Shown here piece by piece: positions 49,219 to 59,211 of a stretch of 64,000 bases of DNA; the stretch's first letter is position 1; every line of letters begins with the position of its first letter. Made by a program: the position numbers and the translations under genes. The notes beneath the pieces were generated by a model, which saw only the letters and a list, made by a program, of their open reading frames with translations, made no database searches and had not been told where the DNA came from. The stretch spans positions 512,001 through 576,000 of the forward strand of contig CAVXGR010000012.1 of assembly GCA_963761335.1 (NCBI GenBank), read 5' to 3'. The DNA comes from an uncultured delta proteobacterium. Its GTDB lineage: Bacteria > Desulfobacterota > Binatia > HRBIN30 > BPIQ01.

Positions 49219-50898
49219 TCATGGAGCAAAGCGCAGAACGTAGAGCTTTGCCGGCGATAGCCACAGCCGCGGCCACGAGAAGACGCGCAGGACGCGGGCG
49301 CCGGCGAGCGGCGTGGTGCTGATCGCGTACGGCAGGCGCTCCTTCGAGTAGAGGAAGGGAACGTCCGGCGTCGGGAAACCCGGGGCGTACTCGTCGGCCT
49401 CGGCGTAGAGGCGAACACCGTTGAGGACGTAGCCCGCATCGATCTGCGCCGCCGGCACTCCCTGGCGACGCAGCCATGCCTCGGCCTCCCAGCTGGTGCG
49501 ACTGAGCGCGAAGTTCTCGCGCGTTCCCAGCACCGCGAGCGCCGCGAAGATTGCCAGGCCGGCGGCGAGCACGCGGCGGTTCACGCCGAGACGGGCGGCG
49601 CGCAGGCCCAGAAGCCACAGCACCGCCGGCACCAGAATCAGATAGTAGCGGTCCTGCCAGAGCCACAGCACCATGAGGAGCACCAACTGCGCCGCGGCGA
49701 ACAGCAACCACAGGGCATCCATGAGCGCCGCCGACCGGCGCCGAAGAAGCATCCACGTCTCCTGCGCAATCACCGTGAAGGAAAGCGCCGAGAGCAGCAG
49801 GGCGACAACGCGCAGCGCCTGACCCGCCGTCGAGAGCCGCGGCTCTCCCGGAAGCAGCACGCGGCTCATTCCCAGGCCGAGCGGCGACAGAACCTCACCG
49901 CGCCCGAAGGGGATGCCCTGCAGCGCCGCAGCCAGCACACAGAGGACGGCGGCGGCCGGCAAGGCGCGGCGCAGCGACTGGCGCCCCAAGGTCGCCAGCG
50001 CCAGCGGCGAAGCGAAGAAGGCCGTCGTCAGACCGAGATGGATGACGGCGCCCGAATAGACGAGCGGCGAGACATCGAGCAGGTAGCGGAGCCCTTGGGC
50101 GCGCACCGCGAGCCCCTCGGTGGGCGCTCGCACCCAGGCGATCCACGCCCACACGGCGGCAAAGCTCGCGACGACCCCGACCGCGAGCCCCAGGAGTCGC
50201 CGTCGCGAGACGCCGGGCGGACCGGCCACTGCCAGAGCGGCCAGCATGGCGAACGGCGCGGCAACCGCCAGCTCGCGCACCAGATACGCGGCCACCGCGA
50301 GCGAGAGCGCCGCCGCGGTCCAGCCCCAGCCGATCTGCGGGCGGCGAACACCGCGGTCGAAAAGCCAGAACGACAGGGAGAGCAGCCCGAGAAGCTGCAC
50401 ATCGGTCATGAAGGAGAGCGCCAGAGAGAAGAAGACCGGGTTGAAGGCAAGCACGGCGACGGCTGCCGCCGCCAGCCACGGCCTCTCCAGCCGGCGGCGG
50501 AGAAGATCGTACAGGGCGACAATGGCAACCGCGGCAAGCGCCAGCGTCGACATCCGCAGAGAAGCATTCGAGACGCCGTGCGGCAGGCTGAACAGCGCCC
50601 CCCAGAGGGTCTGCACGAGGTTGTAGCGGCACGAGAAATCGAGCACCTGAAAGCGTCCGCTCTCGAGCAGGCGGCGAACGCTGTAGGCATAGGCCCAGTC
50701 ATCGATCACCGGCACGTCGGTCAGCGGCGTGACCAGGGCGCAGGCGACGGCGAAGCCGAGCAGCACCAGGACGACCGGCAACACCTCCGCGGCGCTCCAG
50801 CGACTCGCCGCCCTACCGCACGCGCGGGCGCCGTCGCCGGCGGCGCCTGGCGCCTCCTGAGCCGCGGACCCCGCCGGCGAGGAGCCCGAGGAATGCAT
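49219..50898 (-). CDS. Membrane GT-C glycosyltransferase (ArnT/GT39-like)
   Basis: PVIDDWAY, FNP...SFMTD, many TM helices, DRYYL. Start uncertain. Confidence 0.78.
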   Translation of the reverse strand: MHSSGSSPAGSAAQEAPGAAGDGARACGRAASRWSAAEVLPVVLVLLGFAVACALVTPLTDVPVIDDWAYAYSVRRLLESGRFQVLDFSCRYNLVQTLWGALFSLPHGVSNASLRMSTLALAAVAIVALYDLLRRRLERPWLAAAAVAVLAFNPVFFSLALSFMTDVQLLGLLSLSFWLFDRGVRRPQIGWGWTAAALSLAVAAYLVRELAVAAPFAMLAALAVAGPPGVSRRRLLGLAVGVVASFAAVWAWIAWVRAPTEGLAVRAQGLRYLLDVSPLVYSGAVIHLGLTTAFFASPLALATLGRQSLRRALPAAAVLCVLAAALQGIPFGRGEVLSPLGLGMSRVLLPGEPRLSTAGQALRVVALLLSALSFTVIAQETWMLLRRRSAALMDALWLLFAAAQLVLLMVLWLWQDRYYLILVPAVLWLLGLRAARLGVNRRVLAAGLAIFAALAVLGTRENFALSRTSWEAEAWLRRQGVPAAQIDAGYVLNGVRLYAEADEYAPGFPTPDVPFLYSKERLPYAISTTPLAGARVLRVFSWPRLWLSPAKLYVLRFAP

Positions 50899-51194
50899 CG
50901 GCCGAGGCTTGCATTCCTCGGGACAAAGCTCAACGGGCGGCAATCCGTCCGGGACCCTCCCCCCGTCACCCCCTACGCAGACCCCGGGGAAGCGCCACTT
51001 TCGTGGCGGGAGTCAATTCTCGCTTTCCCCCGGCGGTGAAGCAGGAAAGTCGCGTGAGGTCGTCGGCACGCGGCGCGCAGGTCAGGATGCGGAGCGCGAT
51101 GACGCTGTGTAGCTCAGCCGACTGCGAATCGGTTCGAACCGACATCACCCTCTGGGAGGAAGCTCGAGCACCGTGATGAGGATCCGAACACCGC

Positions 51195-53486
51195 ATGTGG
51201 CCGAATGGGGTCTGCCGTCGCTTCGCGACCGTGCTGACCGTCGCTCTCGTGTGGGGATTGACCTCCCCCGCGCGCGCCGATGACTACCAGTGGACGATCA
51301 CCGGAAGTGTTTCGTCGCTGCGTCACGCCGAGCAGCTCTCCCCAGTGCCGGAGGACCAGCCGCTCGCCGTCACCATCGGTCTCGCCTGGCGGAATCAGGA
51401 TCGACTCGAGCAGATTCTCAACGAGATCACCGCGCCGCAGTCACCTCGCTATGAGCAATACCTGAGCGCCGAGGAGTTCGACGCCGACTTCGCACCCACG
51501 AGCGCCGAGGTCAGTGCGCTTGCCAGCTACCTGGAAGCGAACGGCCTGACGGTGACCGGCAGCAGCCCGGATCGCCTGCTCGTCGAGGCGGCGGGCTCCG
51601 CCGGCGCCATCGAGAAGGCCTTCGGCACCCGGCTCCTCTTCTACCGCCAGGGCGACGACTCGTTCATCGCGCCCGAATCCGACCCGGCGCTGCCGTCGGC
51701 GATCGGCCGGCGGGTGCTCAGCATCCAGGGCCTCGAAACCCGCACGCAGATGCGCTCACACATGGTGACTCTCTCACCCGGCTTGCAGCCGCACACCGCG
51801 GGGGTTCCCTACAAGCCAGGAAACATCGCCGTGGCATACGGGTTCTCCTCGGCATACGACAACGGCATTCGCGGCGACGACTCTCGCGCCGCCACCATCG
51901 CCGTGGTCACGGCACACGGCTTCGACAAGGCCGCGGCCGGGAGCTTCTGGAGGGCCTTCAATCTGGCGCGTCCGGCAGGCGGCCTGTCGGTGGTGTCCGT
52001 CGGCACGCCCGCTACGGAGACGAGCTTGGAGACGACGCTCGACGTCGAGTGGGCCGGGGCGATGGCGCCGGGCTCCCCGCTGGTCGTCTACCAGTCGGCG
52101 GATACCAGCATCGCCAGCTTCGTGGCGCTGTACGACCGCGCCGTCGCCGACAACCGCGCCGCCGTGATCACCACCAGCTGGGGCGCCTGCGAGGACTCCC
52201 TGCCCTCCGCCTATCTGGCCCAGGCGCACGCCATCTTTCAGAAAGCGACGGCGCTCGGCATCACGGTGCTGGCGGCTTCCGGGGACGCCGGCGCACACGA
52301 CTGCGGCCCGGGAATGGTCTCCGTGGACTTCCCGGCGAGCGATCCTCTGGTGACCGCGGTCGGCGGCACCTCGCTGCGACTGCTGCCGGACGGCAGCTAC
52401 GGCAGCGAGGACGCCTGGTCGGACAGCGGCGGCGGCATGAGCAGCTACTGGTCACAGCCGCTCTGGCAGTCCAGCGCCGAGGCTCGCCGCGGGCTCTCGG
52501 ACGTGGCGCTCAACGCCGATCCCGCCACCGGCTATTACACGTGGTTCGACGATCTCTGGTGGCAGGTGGGCGGCACCAGCGTCGCGGCGCCCATCTGGGC
52601 GGCCGCCATCGCGATGTCGAACCAGGCGCGCCAGACCGCCGGGTACCCGACGCTCGGCTTGGTGGCGCCGCGACTCTGTGAGCTGGCGCGCGCCGGCACC
52701 CCGGCGCTCCGCGACATCGTCCGCGGCGGCAACGGTGTCTACCAGGCCGCCGCGGGCTGGGACTACCTCACCGGATGGGGCACTCCGGACGTCGGCCTGC
52801 TCACCGAGGCCCTGGCGAGCGATCTGTCGCCCACCGGCGTCGACGGCGGCGCGGTGATCGCCACGACCATCCATTCGCCCGCGGGTACGCCCCCCGCTCC
52901 GGCCGGCCGCGTGTCGTTCTGCTCGCGCTGCGCCAACAGCGTCCTCGATCTGAAGCTCGCCCTGGACGCCGGAACCTACGACCTGATGATCGGCTCGCAG
53001 ATGATGAAGTCGTTCACCACCGCCACCTCCGGGATCACCATGCAGAGCATCGCCAACGTCGACGCCCGCGGCAAGCTGGTCACCGTGCGGCGCCGAGGCG
53101 ATGCCGACGCCATGCTCTCCGGAATGGTGCCCACGGCCAACGCGCCGCCGCAGAACGTGCAGATGCGTCTCCAGCCGGCAGAGGAAAGCGCCGCCTCGGG
53201 CTTCGCCCGCTACCGCAGCCGCGCCGGGCACTCGAGCTTCGAGGTGCGCGTCTACGGCTTACCCGCCACCGAGTATGCCCTCGCCGTCGGCCGCACCAAC
53301 GCCGGGACGTTCAGCGTGCAGAAACGCGGCTCGCGCACCATCGGCATCGCCCGCTTCAGCATCGGCAGCCGCAGCGGCGCCCCCCTCACCTTCGATCCGT
53401 CCTGCCAGACGATCATCGTCAGCCGGAAGGGCGTCATCTACTTGCAGATCCCGGTGTTTGCCGAGGACCCCAGTCGATGCGGCTAG
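51195..53486 (+). CDS. Secreted S53 (sedolisin/kumamolisin) peptidase with prodomain and C-terminal beta-rich extension
   Basis: Signal peptide; YLSAEEF prodomain; ETTLDVE, SGDAG, GGTSVAAP, GWDYLTGWG. Confidence 0.92.
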   Translation: MWPNGVCRRFATVLTVALVWGLTSPARADDYQWTITGSVSSLRHAEQLSPVPEDQPLAVTIGLAWRNQDRLEQILNEITAPQSPRYEQYLSAEEFDADFAPTSAEVSALASYLEANGLTVTGSSPDRLLVEAAGSAGAIEKAFGTRLLFYRQGDDSFIAPESDPALPSAIGRRVLSIQGLETRTQMRSHMVTLSPGLQPHTAGVPYKPGNIAVAYGFSSAYDNGIRGDDSRAATIAVVTAHGFDKAAAGSFWRAFNLARPAGGLSVVSVGTPATETSLETTLDVEWAGAMAPGSPLVVYQSADTSIASFVALYDRAVADNRAAVITTSWGACEDSLPSAYLAQAHAIFQKATALGITVLAASGDAGAHDCGPGMVSVDFPASDPLVTAVGGTSLRLLPDGSYGSEDAWSDSGGGMSSYWSQPLWQSSAEARRGLSDVALNADPATGYYTWFDDLWWQVGGTSVAAPIWAAAIAMSNQARQTAGYPTLGLVAPRLCELARAGTPALRDIVRGGNGVYQAAAGWDYLTGWGTPDVGLLTEALASDLSPTGVDGGAVIATTIHSPAGTPPAPAGRVSFCSRCANSVLDLKLALDAGTYDLMIGSQMMKSFTTATSGITMQSIANVDARGKLVTVRRRGDADAMLSGMVPTANAPPQNVQMRLQPAEESAASGFARYRSRAGHSSFEVRVYGLPATEYALAVGRTNAGTFSVQKRGSRTIGIARFSIGSRSGAPLTFDPSCQTIIVSRKGVIYLQIPVFAEDPSRCG

Positions 53487-53493
53487 GAGACGG

Positions 53494-53535
53494 GGGTTGA
53501 GGTGTTGAGGTGTTGGGTGTTGGGTGTTGGGTGTG
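53494..53535 (+). repeat. Heptamer tandem repeat (ggtgttg)n
   Basis: ggttgaggtgttgaggtgttgggtgttgggtgttgggtgtg. Confidence 0.8.
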
Positions 53536-53546
53536 AGGGGGGAACC

Positions 53547-54233
53547 ATGCAACTGACCGATGTCGCGCGCAACTACGACTGGGCGGCGCCGCGGTACGAC
53601 CGCTGGACCGATCTGGTCTTCGGCGGCCTTCTGCGCATCGAGAAGTATCGCGAGAAGACCATCGATCTGCTCGGGTCGCTGCACGGCGCCACCGTCCTCG
53701 ATATCGGCTGCGGGACCGGGAGGAACTTTCCCATCCTGGTTCCACGCCTCGGTGCCGGCGGACGAATCATCGGGCTCGACTACTCCGCGGGGATGCTGGC
53801 GCAGGCCCGCAGGCGGATTGAGACGCACGCATGGGGGAACGTGCATCTGCTTCGCGGCGACGCCGCCAGGTTCGGGGGCGTTCCCGAGAAGGTCGACGCC
53901 GTCGTCTCCATGTGGTGCCTCGGCATCGTCTACGATCTCGAGGCGGCGCTGCACCGCATCCTCGATGTTCTCCGGCCCGGAGGGCGCCTCGCCATCATGG
54001 ACTTCGCTCGGACCCGGCCCGACCGCGGGCTTCTCCATTGGCTCTACCCGTTCTACCGCTTTGCCCTCGTCGGCGCCGGGATCGATTCTCCCGAAGACAT
54101 GGACGATGCGGCGCTGCGGCGGCGCTGGGACGAGGGCCGGCGCTTCTTGCACCGCCGCCTCGATGCGGTGCACGAGGAGACGTACCTCTCCGGAGGCGGC
54201 CTGATCATCGCCGGCACCAAGCCGACCGGCTAG
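53547..54233 (+). CDS. Class I SAM methyltransferase (UbiE/PmtA-like)
   Basis: VLDIGCGTG, GLDYSAGML, LRPGG. Confidence 0.88.
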   Translation: MQLTDVARNYDWAAPRYDRWTDLVFGGLLRIEKYREKTIDLLGSLHGATVLDIGCGTGRNFPILVPRLGAGGRIIGLDYSAGMLAQARRRIETHAWGNVHLLRGDAARFGGVPEKVDAVVSMWCLGIVYDLEAALHRILDVLRPGGRLAIMDFARTRPDRGLLHWLYPFYRFALVGAGIDSPEDMDDAALRRRWDEGRRFLHRRLDAVHEETYLSGGGLIIAGTKPTG

Positions 54234-55678
54234 GATTGCCCGACGACCTCGAGCTGCAGCCTGCCGATCACGCCGATCATGGCGAGGTGGTCCTCGGGGC
54301 CGCCGGCCACGAACTTGACGTGGGTGACGTCGGCGGGAAACTGGCCGAAGACCGGGTCGACGGAGACCCAGCGGTCGAGCCACACCTCGTTCCAGGCGTG
54401 GTAGTAGAAGGCCCCGTTCAGATAGACCACGCCGGCCACGGCGCGCGCCGGCAGGCCCGCGGCGCGCGCCAGAGCCGCGAAGAGGACGGCGTGCTCGTTG
54501 CAATCCCCCTCGCCGCTGTCGAGCACCTGCAGGGCATTGGGCACGCTCACGGTCGGCACCTTGCGAAGCGTCTTGAAGACCCACCGCTCCAGCATCGCCG
54601 CCGCCTGCGCCGGCCGCGTCTCGCCGTGCAGGATCTGCGCCGCCAGGGCGCGAATGCGCGGGTGATCGCTCTGCAGCAACGGCGACGGCGAGATCTCCGC
54701 CCGCCACTGCGCTCCCCGATACGGGAGCGCGTACGACGTCTCCGCCGGAATGCTCTCGCGCACCAGCTCGAGCACCTGGCCGTCCCAGTGCTGGCGCTCG
54801 TCGGAGGGCACCTGCTGGGGGTCGACGCCGCTGACGCGCAGGCGCAGGCGCTGAAGCGAGCCGGGATCCTCGATCGGCTGCTGCACCGGGATCGCGGCCG
54901 AGGCCACCAGGTCCAACGCCGCCGCTCCCCAGTGAGCGGTGACCGCCTCCGCGGCCGTCTCCCGCTTGAGCACCAGCCCCATCGGACCTTCCTCGCGAAT
55001 CGCCCGGCCGTCATCGTCCACCCAGCTGCGCGAGGTGATGCCGGCGTACTGCTCCTCGAGGCGCCAGCCGGTGCGCCGCGGCTCGGTGTCCGGCACCGGC
55101 TCCTTCCGCACCACCGTGGTCACCACCCGCTGGTCCTTCATCATCGCCGGGTCGAAGACCAGCGACTCGTATCGCTTCCCGGGCTCCATCGGCCCGCGAA
55201 CCACCAGCTGCCGCACGCTGGCCGGAAGGTAGATCGGAGAGTCGAGATCCATCGAGGTGGTGGACTTCTCGCCGCCGATCTCGGTCTCCAGGAGAAAGGC
55301 GCGCCCGTCGCGGTGCGCCTCGGCGCGAAAGGTGGAGGGGCCGTTCTGCATCTCGAAGCGGACCCGCTCGAGGCTGTAATCGGCGGCGGTCTGCGCCGTC
55401 ATGTTGGTGCGCACCGTCTGCTGCGTCTCCATGACGTTGAGGCGCAAGAAGGAGCTCTCCTCGAAGTGGAAGCCGCCGCTGTCCGGCGAGATCGCCAGGT
55501 GCGCGTAGCCGATCTTCTCGCCGCCGTGATACAGACCCATCCACTCGTCGCCCGCGGCCGCTCCCGCCACCGGCGGCAGACGTTCGCCGCCGGCCCGGGG
55601 ACCGCGGTTGCGCTCTACCAGCACGGCCAGCAGCACGATCCAGACGACCACGATCCCCAGACGCAAGACTCTCTTCAT
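54230..55678 (-). CDS. Membrane-anchored transglutaminase-like domain protein
   Basis: GDCNEHA, HAWNEVW, WVSVD catalytic triad; N-terminal TM. Confidence 0.88.
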   Translation of the reverse strand: MKRVLRLGIVVVWIVLLAVLVERNRGPRAGGERLPPVAGAAAGDEWMGLYHGGEKIGYAHLAISPDSGGFHFEESSFLRLNVMETQQTVRTNMTAQTAADYSLERVRFEMQNGPSTFRAEAHRDGRAFLLETEIGGEKSTTSMDLDSPIYLPASVRQLVVRGPMEPGKRYESLVFDPAMMKDQRVVTTVVRKEPVPDTEPRRTGWRLEEQYAGITSRSWVDDDGRAIREEGPMGLVLKRETAAEAVTAHWGAAALDLVASAAIPVQQPIEDPGSLQRLRLRVSGVDPQQVPSDERQHWDGQVLELVRESIPAETSYALPYRGAQWRAEISPSPLLQSDHPRIRALAAQILHGETRPAQAAAMLERWVFKTLRKVPTVSVPNALQVLDSGEGDCNEHAVLFAALARAAGLPARAVAGVVYLNGAFYYHAWNEVWLDRWVSVDPVFGQFPADVTHVKFVAGGPEDHLAMIGVIGRLQLEVVGQS

Positions 55679-55723
55679 CACTTGCCCCTGCACCGGCGCT
55701 CCCGCTATCGTTTTTCACCCTCC

Positions 55724-56188
55724 ATGAAGCCTTCTCGTTTCGCCGCGGACGTCATGCTCGGACGCCTGGCCACCTGGCTGCGACTGATCGGACAGGACAC
55801 CGCATACGGCCCCCATCTTGCCGGAAGGACGCTGCTTCGACTAGCGCGCGCCGAGGGCCGCGAGATCCTGACCCGCAACACGGCTCTGATGCGGCGGGCC
55901 GACGTGCCGGCGCTGTACATCGAGAGCGACCACTTTCGCGAGCAGCTCCGCCAGGTGGTGCGCCACTACCACATCGACCCGTTCGCCGCCGCCTTCACCC
56001 GCTGCAGGCGCTGCAACGCCCTGCTCGAGCCGGTGCCGCGCCCGCAAGCCGCCGTCCGCGTCCCGCCCTACGTGGCGCAGACAGCCGGCGATTTCGTCCG
56101 CTGCCCCCGCTGCCGGCGCATCTACTGGCCCGGGACCCACCAGGAGCGCATGCGCGCTGAGCTGCGGGCCATGGAGCTCGCCTGCTGA
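55724..56188 (+). CDS. Mut7-C RNase domain protein (DUF82)
   Basis: DVMLGRLATWLR..G.D, LTR, RCRRCN...CPRC..IYWPGTH. Confidence 0.9.
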   Translation: MKPSRFAADVMLGRLATWLRLIGQDTAYGPHLAGRTLLRLARAEGREILTRNTALMRRADVPALYIESDHFREQLRQVVRHYHIDPFAAAFTRCRRCNALLEPVPRPQAAVRVPPYVAQTAGDFVRCPRCRRIYWPGTHQERMRAELRAMELAC

Positions 56189-56249
56189 GCCGACCGGCTT
56201 CCGCCCTGCTCTGGATTTCGGGGCATCGCGGCGATAGTATTTGCGGACC

Positions 56250-56534
56250 ATGGCGACCCCGACGATCGGCGACAGCGAGTTTGTCCTCGGCTGGTGCGCG
56301 GACTGCGAGAGGCGCGTGCTTCCCTACGTCGAGCTGGGGGAGGACGGCGCCGAGGTCTACCGCTGCCTGCACTGCGACTCGGCCACTCTCGAGGAGATGA
56401 GCGGCGCCAGCGCCGCCGAGATCGAGGAAGCGGGCTACGGCGTGGTCGAGGCGCGCGTCTGCGGCAACGGCGGCGGCTGCAGTAGCGGCTGCGGCAGCCG
56501 TGGCGAGAGAAACCCCAAGTCGCCGGAGCGATAG
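56250..56534 (+). CDS. Small Cys-rich zinc-binding protein
   Basis: CADC...CLHC and C-terminal CGNGGGCSSGC. Confidence 0.6.
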   Translation: MATPTIGDSEFVLGWCADCERRVLPYVELGEDGAEVYRCLHCDSATLEEMSGASAAEIEEAGYGVVEARVCGNGGGCSSGCGSRGERNPKSPER

Positions 56535-56541
56535 AGATCCG

Positions 56542-56727
56542 ATGCCCAGCGAGAAAGCCAAGGAGAACAAGCTGCTGACCGCGGAGTGCACCGCCTGCGG
56601 CAAGACTGTCTCGGTCGAGGTGATGACCGGCACGCTCGTCGGCCGCGGCCCGCACCGGCACACCGTTCCGGTCTGCGACGAATGCCGCGTCAAGGGCTGG
56701 GAGCCGCCCGAGGCCGCGGCCAGCTGA
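56542..56727 (+). CDS. Small zinc-finger protein
   Basis: CTAC...CDEC, 61 aa, GAG-containing RBS. Confidence 0.6.
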   Translation: MPSEKAKENKLLTAECTACGKTVSVEVMTGTLVGRGPHRHTVPVCDECRVKGWEPPEAAAS

Positions 56728-56765
56728 CGCCGCTTTGCCCACCAACCCGCCCATCCACCCTGCCA

Positions 56766-56840
56766 GGTTGTTGGGTTGTCAAGGTGTTGGTTGTTGGTGT
56801 GGAAGCGCCAGCAACCAACACCTTAACAACCTAACAACCT
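56766..56840. repeat. Short-repeat inverted hairpin
   Basis: ggttgtt...aaggtgttggttgttgg / ccagcaaccaacacctt...aacaacc. Confidence 0.75.
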
Positions 56841-56921
56841 TCGCCTGTCGCGCCGGCGGCTCGAATTCTTCGGCAAAGCGGCGTCTCGCCGCTTCTACCT
56901 GCTTCGAAAATGTCTTGGGTG

Positions 56922-57065
56922 AGGGTCTGGCGGAGCCCCGGCGCTTGGCGTGGAGGCTTATCGCCCCGAAGGGTCTGGCGGAGCCCCGGCGCTTGGCGTG
57001 GAGGCTTATCGCCCCGGAGGGTCTGGCGGAGCCCCGGCGCTTGGCGTGGAGGCTTATCGCCCCGG
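56922..57065 (+). repeat. Three tandem 48-bp repeats without spacers
   Basis: agggtctggcggagccccggcgcttggcgtggaggcttatcgccccg(a/g) x3. Confidence 0.92.
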
Positions 57066-57317
57066 AGGGGCGCAGGCATGTAGCCCCGGGTGTCAACCCG
57101 GGGACCGTGTTGGCCCAGATCAGCGCCCCGAAGGGGCGCAGGCGTGGAGGCCACGTGAATCACCTCGATGAGCTTCCCACGCACCCAGTGGTGATCATCG
57201 GCGTACGGGCGCGACATCGACGAAATTTGCCCGCGCCCCTGGCGGGGCGCCTATGACGGACCGTGCACTTTTCCCCGGGTTTCACCCGGGGCTACACGCC
57301 ACCGCCCCTCCGGGGCG
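57058..57317. mobile_element. Non-coding MITE/REPIN-like element with ~46-bp imperfect terminal inverted repeats
   Basis: cgccccggaggggcg...tgtagccccgggtg..aacccgggga at the left end; reverse complement at 57273-57317; internal gcccc/ggggc hairpins. Confidence 0.65.
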
Positions 57318-57462
57318 AACTTCGCCCAGGCCAGAACTGCCAAATCTCTTCCCGGGTCAGAACCCCGGCCTCATTTTCATCGTCTGCTGGCGAGCCGCAA
57401 GGCTCATGAGGCACTGCTTTCTGGACCGCGCCCGCGGGTAGCGGTAGACTGGCCGCGGCTTC

Positions 57463-58614
57463 ATGGCGAATCAGCGGCGTCGGCGGCTCTGGCTCGGTGC
57501 GGCGGGCATCGGTATCGCACTCGTGCTCGGCGGGCTCGTCCTGTGGACGGCCGGGGCTCTGCGCCCCGAGCCGGAGACCCCAGGGGCAGCGGCCCGGGCG
57601 GCAGCCCATCCGCCCCCTGCCGCGGCGGCCGCAGCCAGGCCCTCGCCGGGGGCCGTTGCCGTGGCCACTGCGACCGCGGCTGGGAACACCGGCGGCGTCG
57701 AGAGCGCCGCGAAAGCCTTCGGGCGCGCCACGGCGGAGGACTACCGGCGCCGCGCCCGCTATCCGCACTCTTCGCAGCCGCTCGCCGAGGGCGAGGATCC
57801 GCTGCTGCGCGACCGCGAGGTGTCGCCGATCACCGCCGCCGGCGAGGGGGGCGCGGAGCCGACGCTCACCGTTTTCCCGGAGCAGGTGAGCTTCCAGTCG
57901 CCGGAGCCGGTGCGGCTGTTCGCCTATCTCTCGGCAAGCGGCGAGCGGCTGCCGGCCGGCGAGATCACCGCCGAGGTGCTCGATCAGAACCTCCAGCCAC
58001 TCGCCTCGCTCGTCTATCGCGACGACGGCGAAGAAGGAGACGCCACCGCCGGCGATCGTCTGTACAGCGCCCTCTTTCAACCCGGCGACCTGCTCGGCGA
58101 TCGGCTGAGCGCCTCCTTTATGGTGCGGGTACGCGCCACCACCGCCGGCGGCGAGCGCCGCGACGCCACCACCGGGTTCCTGTACGGGTCCCCCGACGCG
58201 GTGCTCAGCGGCCGCTTCCGCGACTCGCTCGACGGCGGCGACCTGCTCATCGGCGCCGAGGTCGAGGTGCGCGCCGCCGGCCGCTTCCACCTCGAGGCAT
58301 CGCTCTACGCGCCTGACGGGCGCCCGCTCGCCTGGGCGCAGAACGCCGCCGAGCTGTCTCCCGGCCGGCAATGGATATCGCTGCGCTACTACGGCCTGAT
58401 TCTGCACGAGCAGGGAATCGACGGCCCCTACCGCCTGCGCTTCGCGGCGCTGTCGACGACCACGCGCATGCCCAACGCCAAGAACGACTTGCTGGAGAGC
58501 TCCTTCCTCACCCAGCCGTACGCCGCCGCCGACTTCACCAGCACGCCCTTCGACGATCCCGGACTGCTCGACGCGGCGCGCCGCGTCGAGCGCGACACGG
58601 GGGGTGGCGGGTGA
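57463..58614 (+). CDS. Membrane-anchored/secreted protein with a choice-of-anchor-X-like motif
   Basis: N-terminal TM; YRDDGEEGDATAGDRLYSA; IDGPY. Confidence 0.7.
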   Translation: MANQRRRRLWLGAAGIGIALVLGGLVLWTAGALRPEPETPGAAARAAAHPPPAAAAAARPSPGAVAVATATAAGNTGGVESAAKAFGRATAEDYRRRARYPHSSQPLAEGEDPLLRDREVSPITAAGEGGAEPTLTVFPEQVSFQSPEPVRLFAYLSASGERLPAGEITAEVLDQNLQPLASLVYRDDGEEGDATAGDRLYSALFQPGDLLGDRLSASFMVRVRATTAGGERRDATTGFLYGSPDAVLSGRFRDSLDGGDLLIGAEVEVRAAGRFHLEASLYAPDGRPLAWAQNAAELSPGRQWISLRYYGLILHEQGIDGPYRLRFAALSTTTRMPNAKNDLLESSFLTQPYAAADFTSTPFDDPGLLDAARRVERDTGGGG

Positions 58615-58701
58615 GGAGAGAATGTCTTCGCGGCTCGCAGAGAAATGTAGAATGAAGAACCGGTGACCGGGGATGGAGAACCGGTCAACAGGCTGAACCG
58701 G

Positions 58702-59211
58702 TCAACCCTCTGAGCCGGTGGCGTCGAGCTGGCGCAGGGCCTCGTAAAGGACGATGGAGACGGCGTTGGAGAGGTTGAGGCTGCGAACGTGCGGCGTGCG
58801 CATCGGAATCGCGTAGGTCGACTCCCGGTGAGCAACCAGCAGCGCCGGCGGCAGGCCACGCGTCTCGCCGCCGAAAACGAGCCAGTCGCCGGCTCGGTGC
58901 GCGACCGTGAGGTAGGAGCGCGGCCCCCTTGCCGAGTAGTAGAAGCAGCGCCGGCCCTCGAGCAGCGGCGCGAAGTCCTCCCAGCCGGGATAGATATGGG
59001 CGTCGACGTGCGGCCAGTAGTCGAGACCGGCGCGCTTCAGGTGCTTGTCGTCGATGCTGAAGCCGAGCGGTCCCACGAGGTGCAAGCGCGTGGCGGTGGC
59101 GGCGCAGAGGCGGGCGATGCTTCCCGTGTTGGGAGGGATCTCCGGCTGCACCAGAACCACGTGCAGCAGCGGCGCCTCAGTCGCGCCCGATCGGGTGGAC
59201 GACGCCTCCAC
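58702..59211 (-). CDS. trmL: tRNA (cytidine/uridine-34 2'-O)-methyltransferase
   Basis: PEIPPNTG, KRAGLDYW, FGGETRGLP, RSLNLSN. Start uncertain. Confidence 0.93.
   Translation of the reverse strand: MEASSTRSGATEAPLLHVVLVQPEIPPNTGSIARLCAATATRLHLVGPLGFSIDDKHLKRAGLDYWPHVDAHIYPGWEDFAPLLEGRRCFYYSARGPRSYLTVAHRAGDWLVFGGETRGLPPALLVAHRESTYAIPMRTPHVRSLNLSNAVSIVLYEALRQLDATGSEG

Noticed and set aside
50930..51060. Hairpin-rich intergenic region as a riboswitch or ncRNA
   Set aside because: There is one clear hairpin (cgccac-tttc-gtggcg) but no recognisable family consensus; an Rfam search is needed.
56922..57065. Possible CRISPR array
   Set aside because: The 48-bp units are contiguous with no unique spacers, and there are no cas genes in the window.
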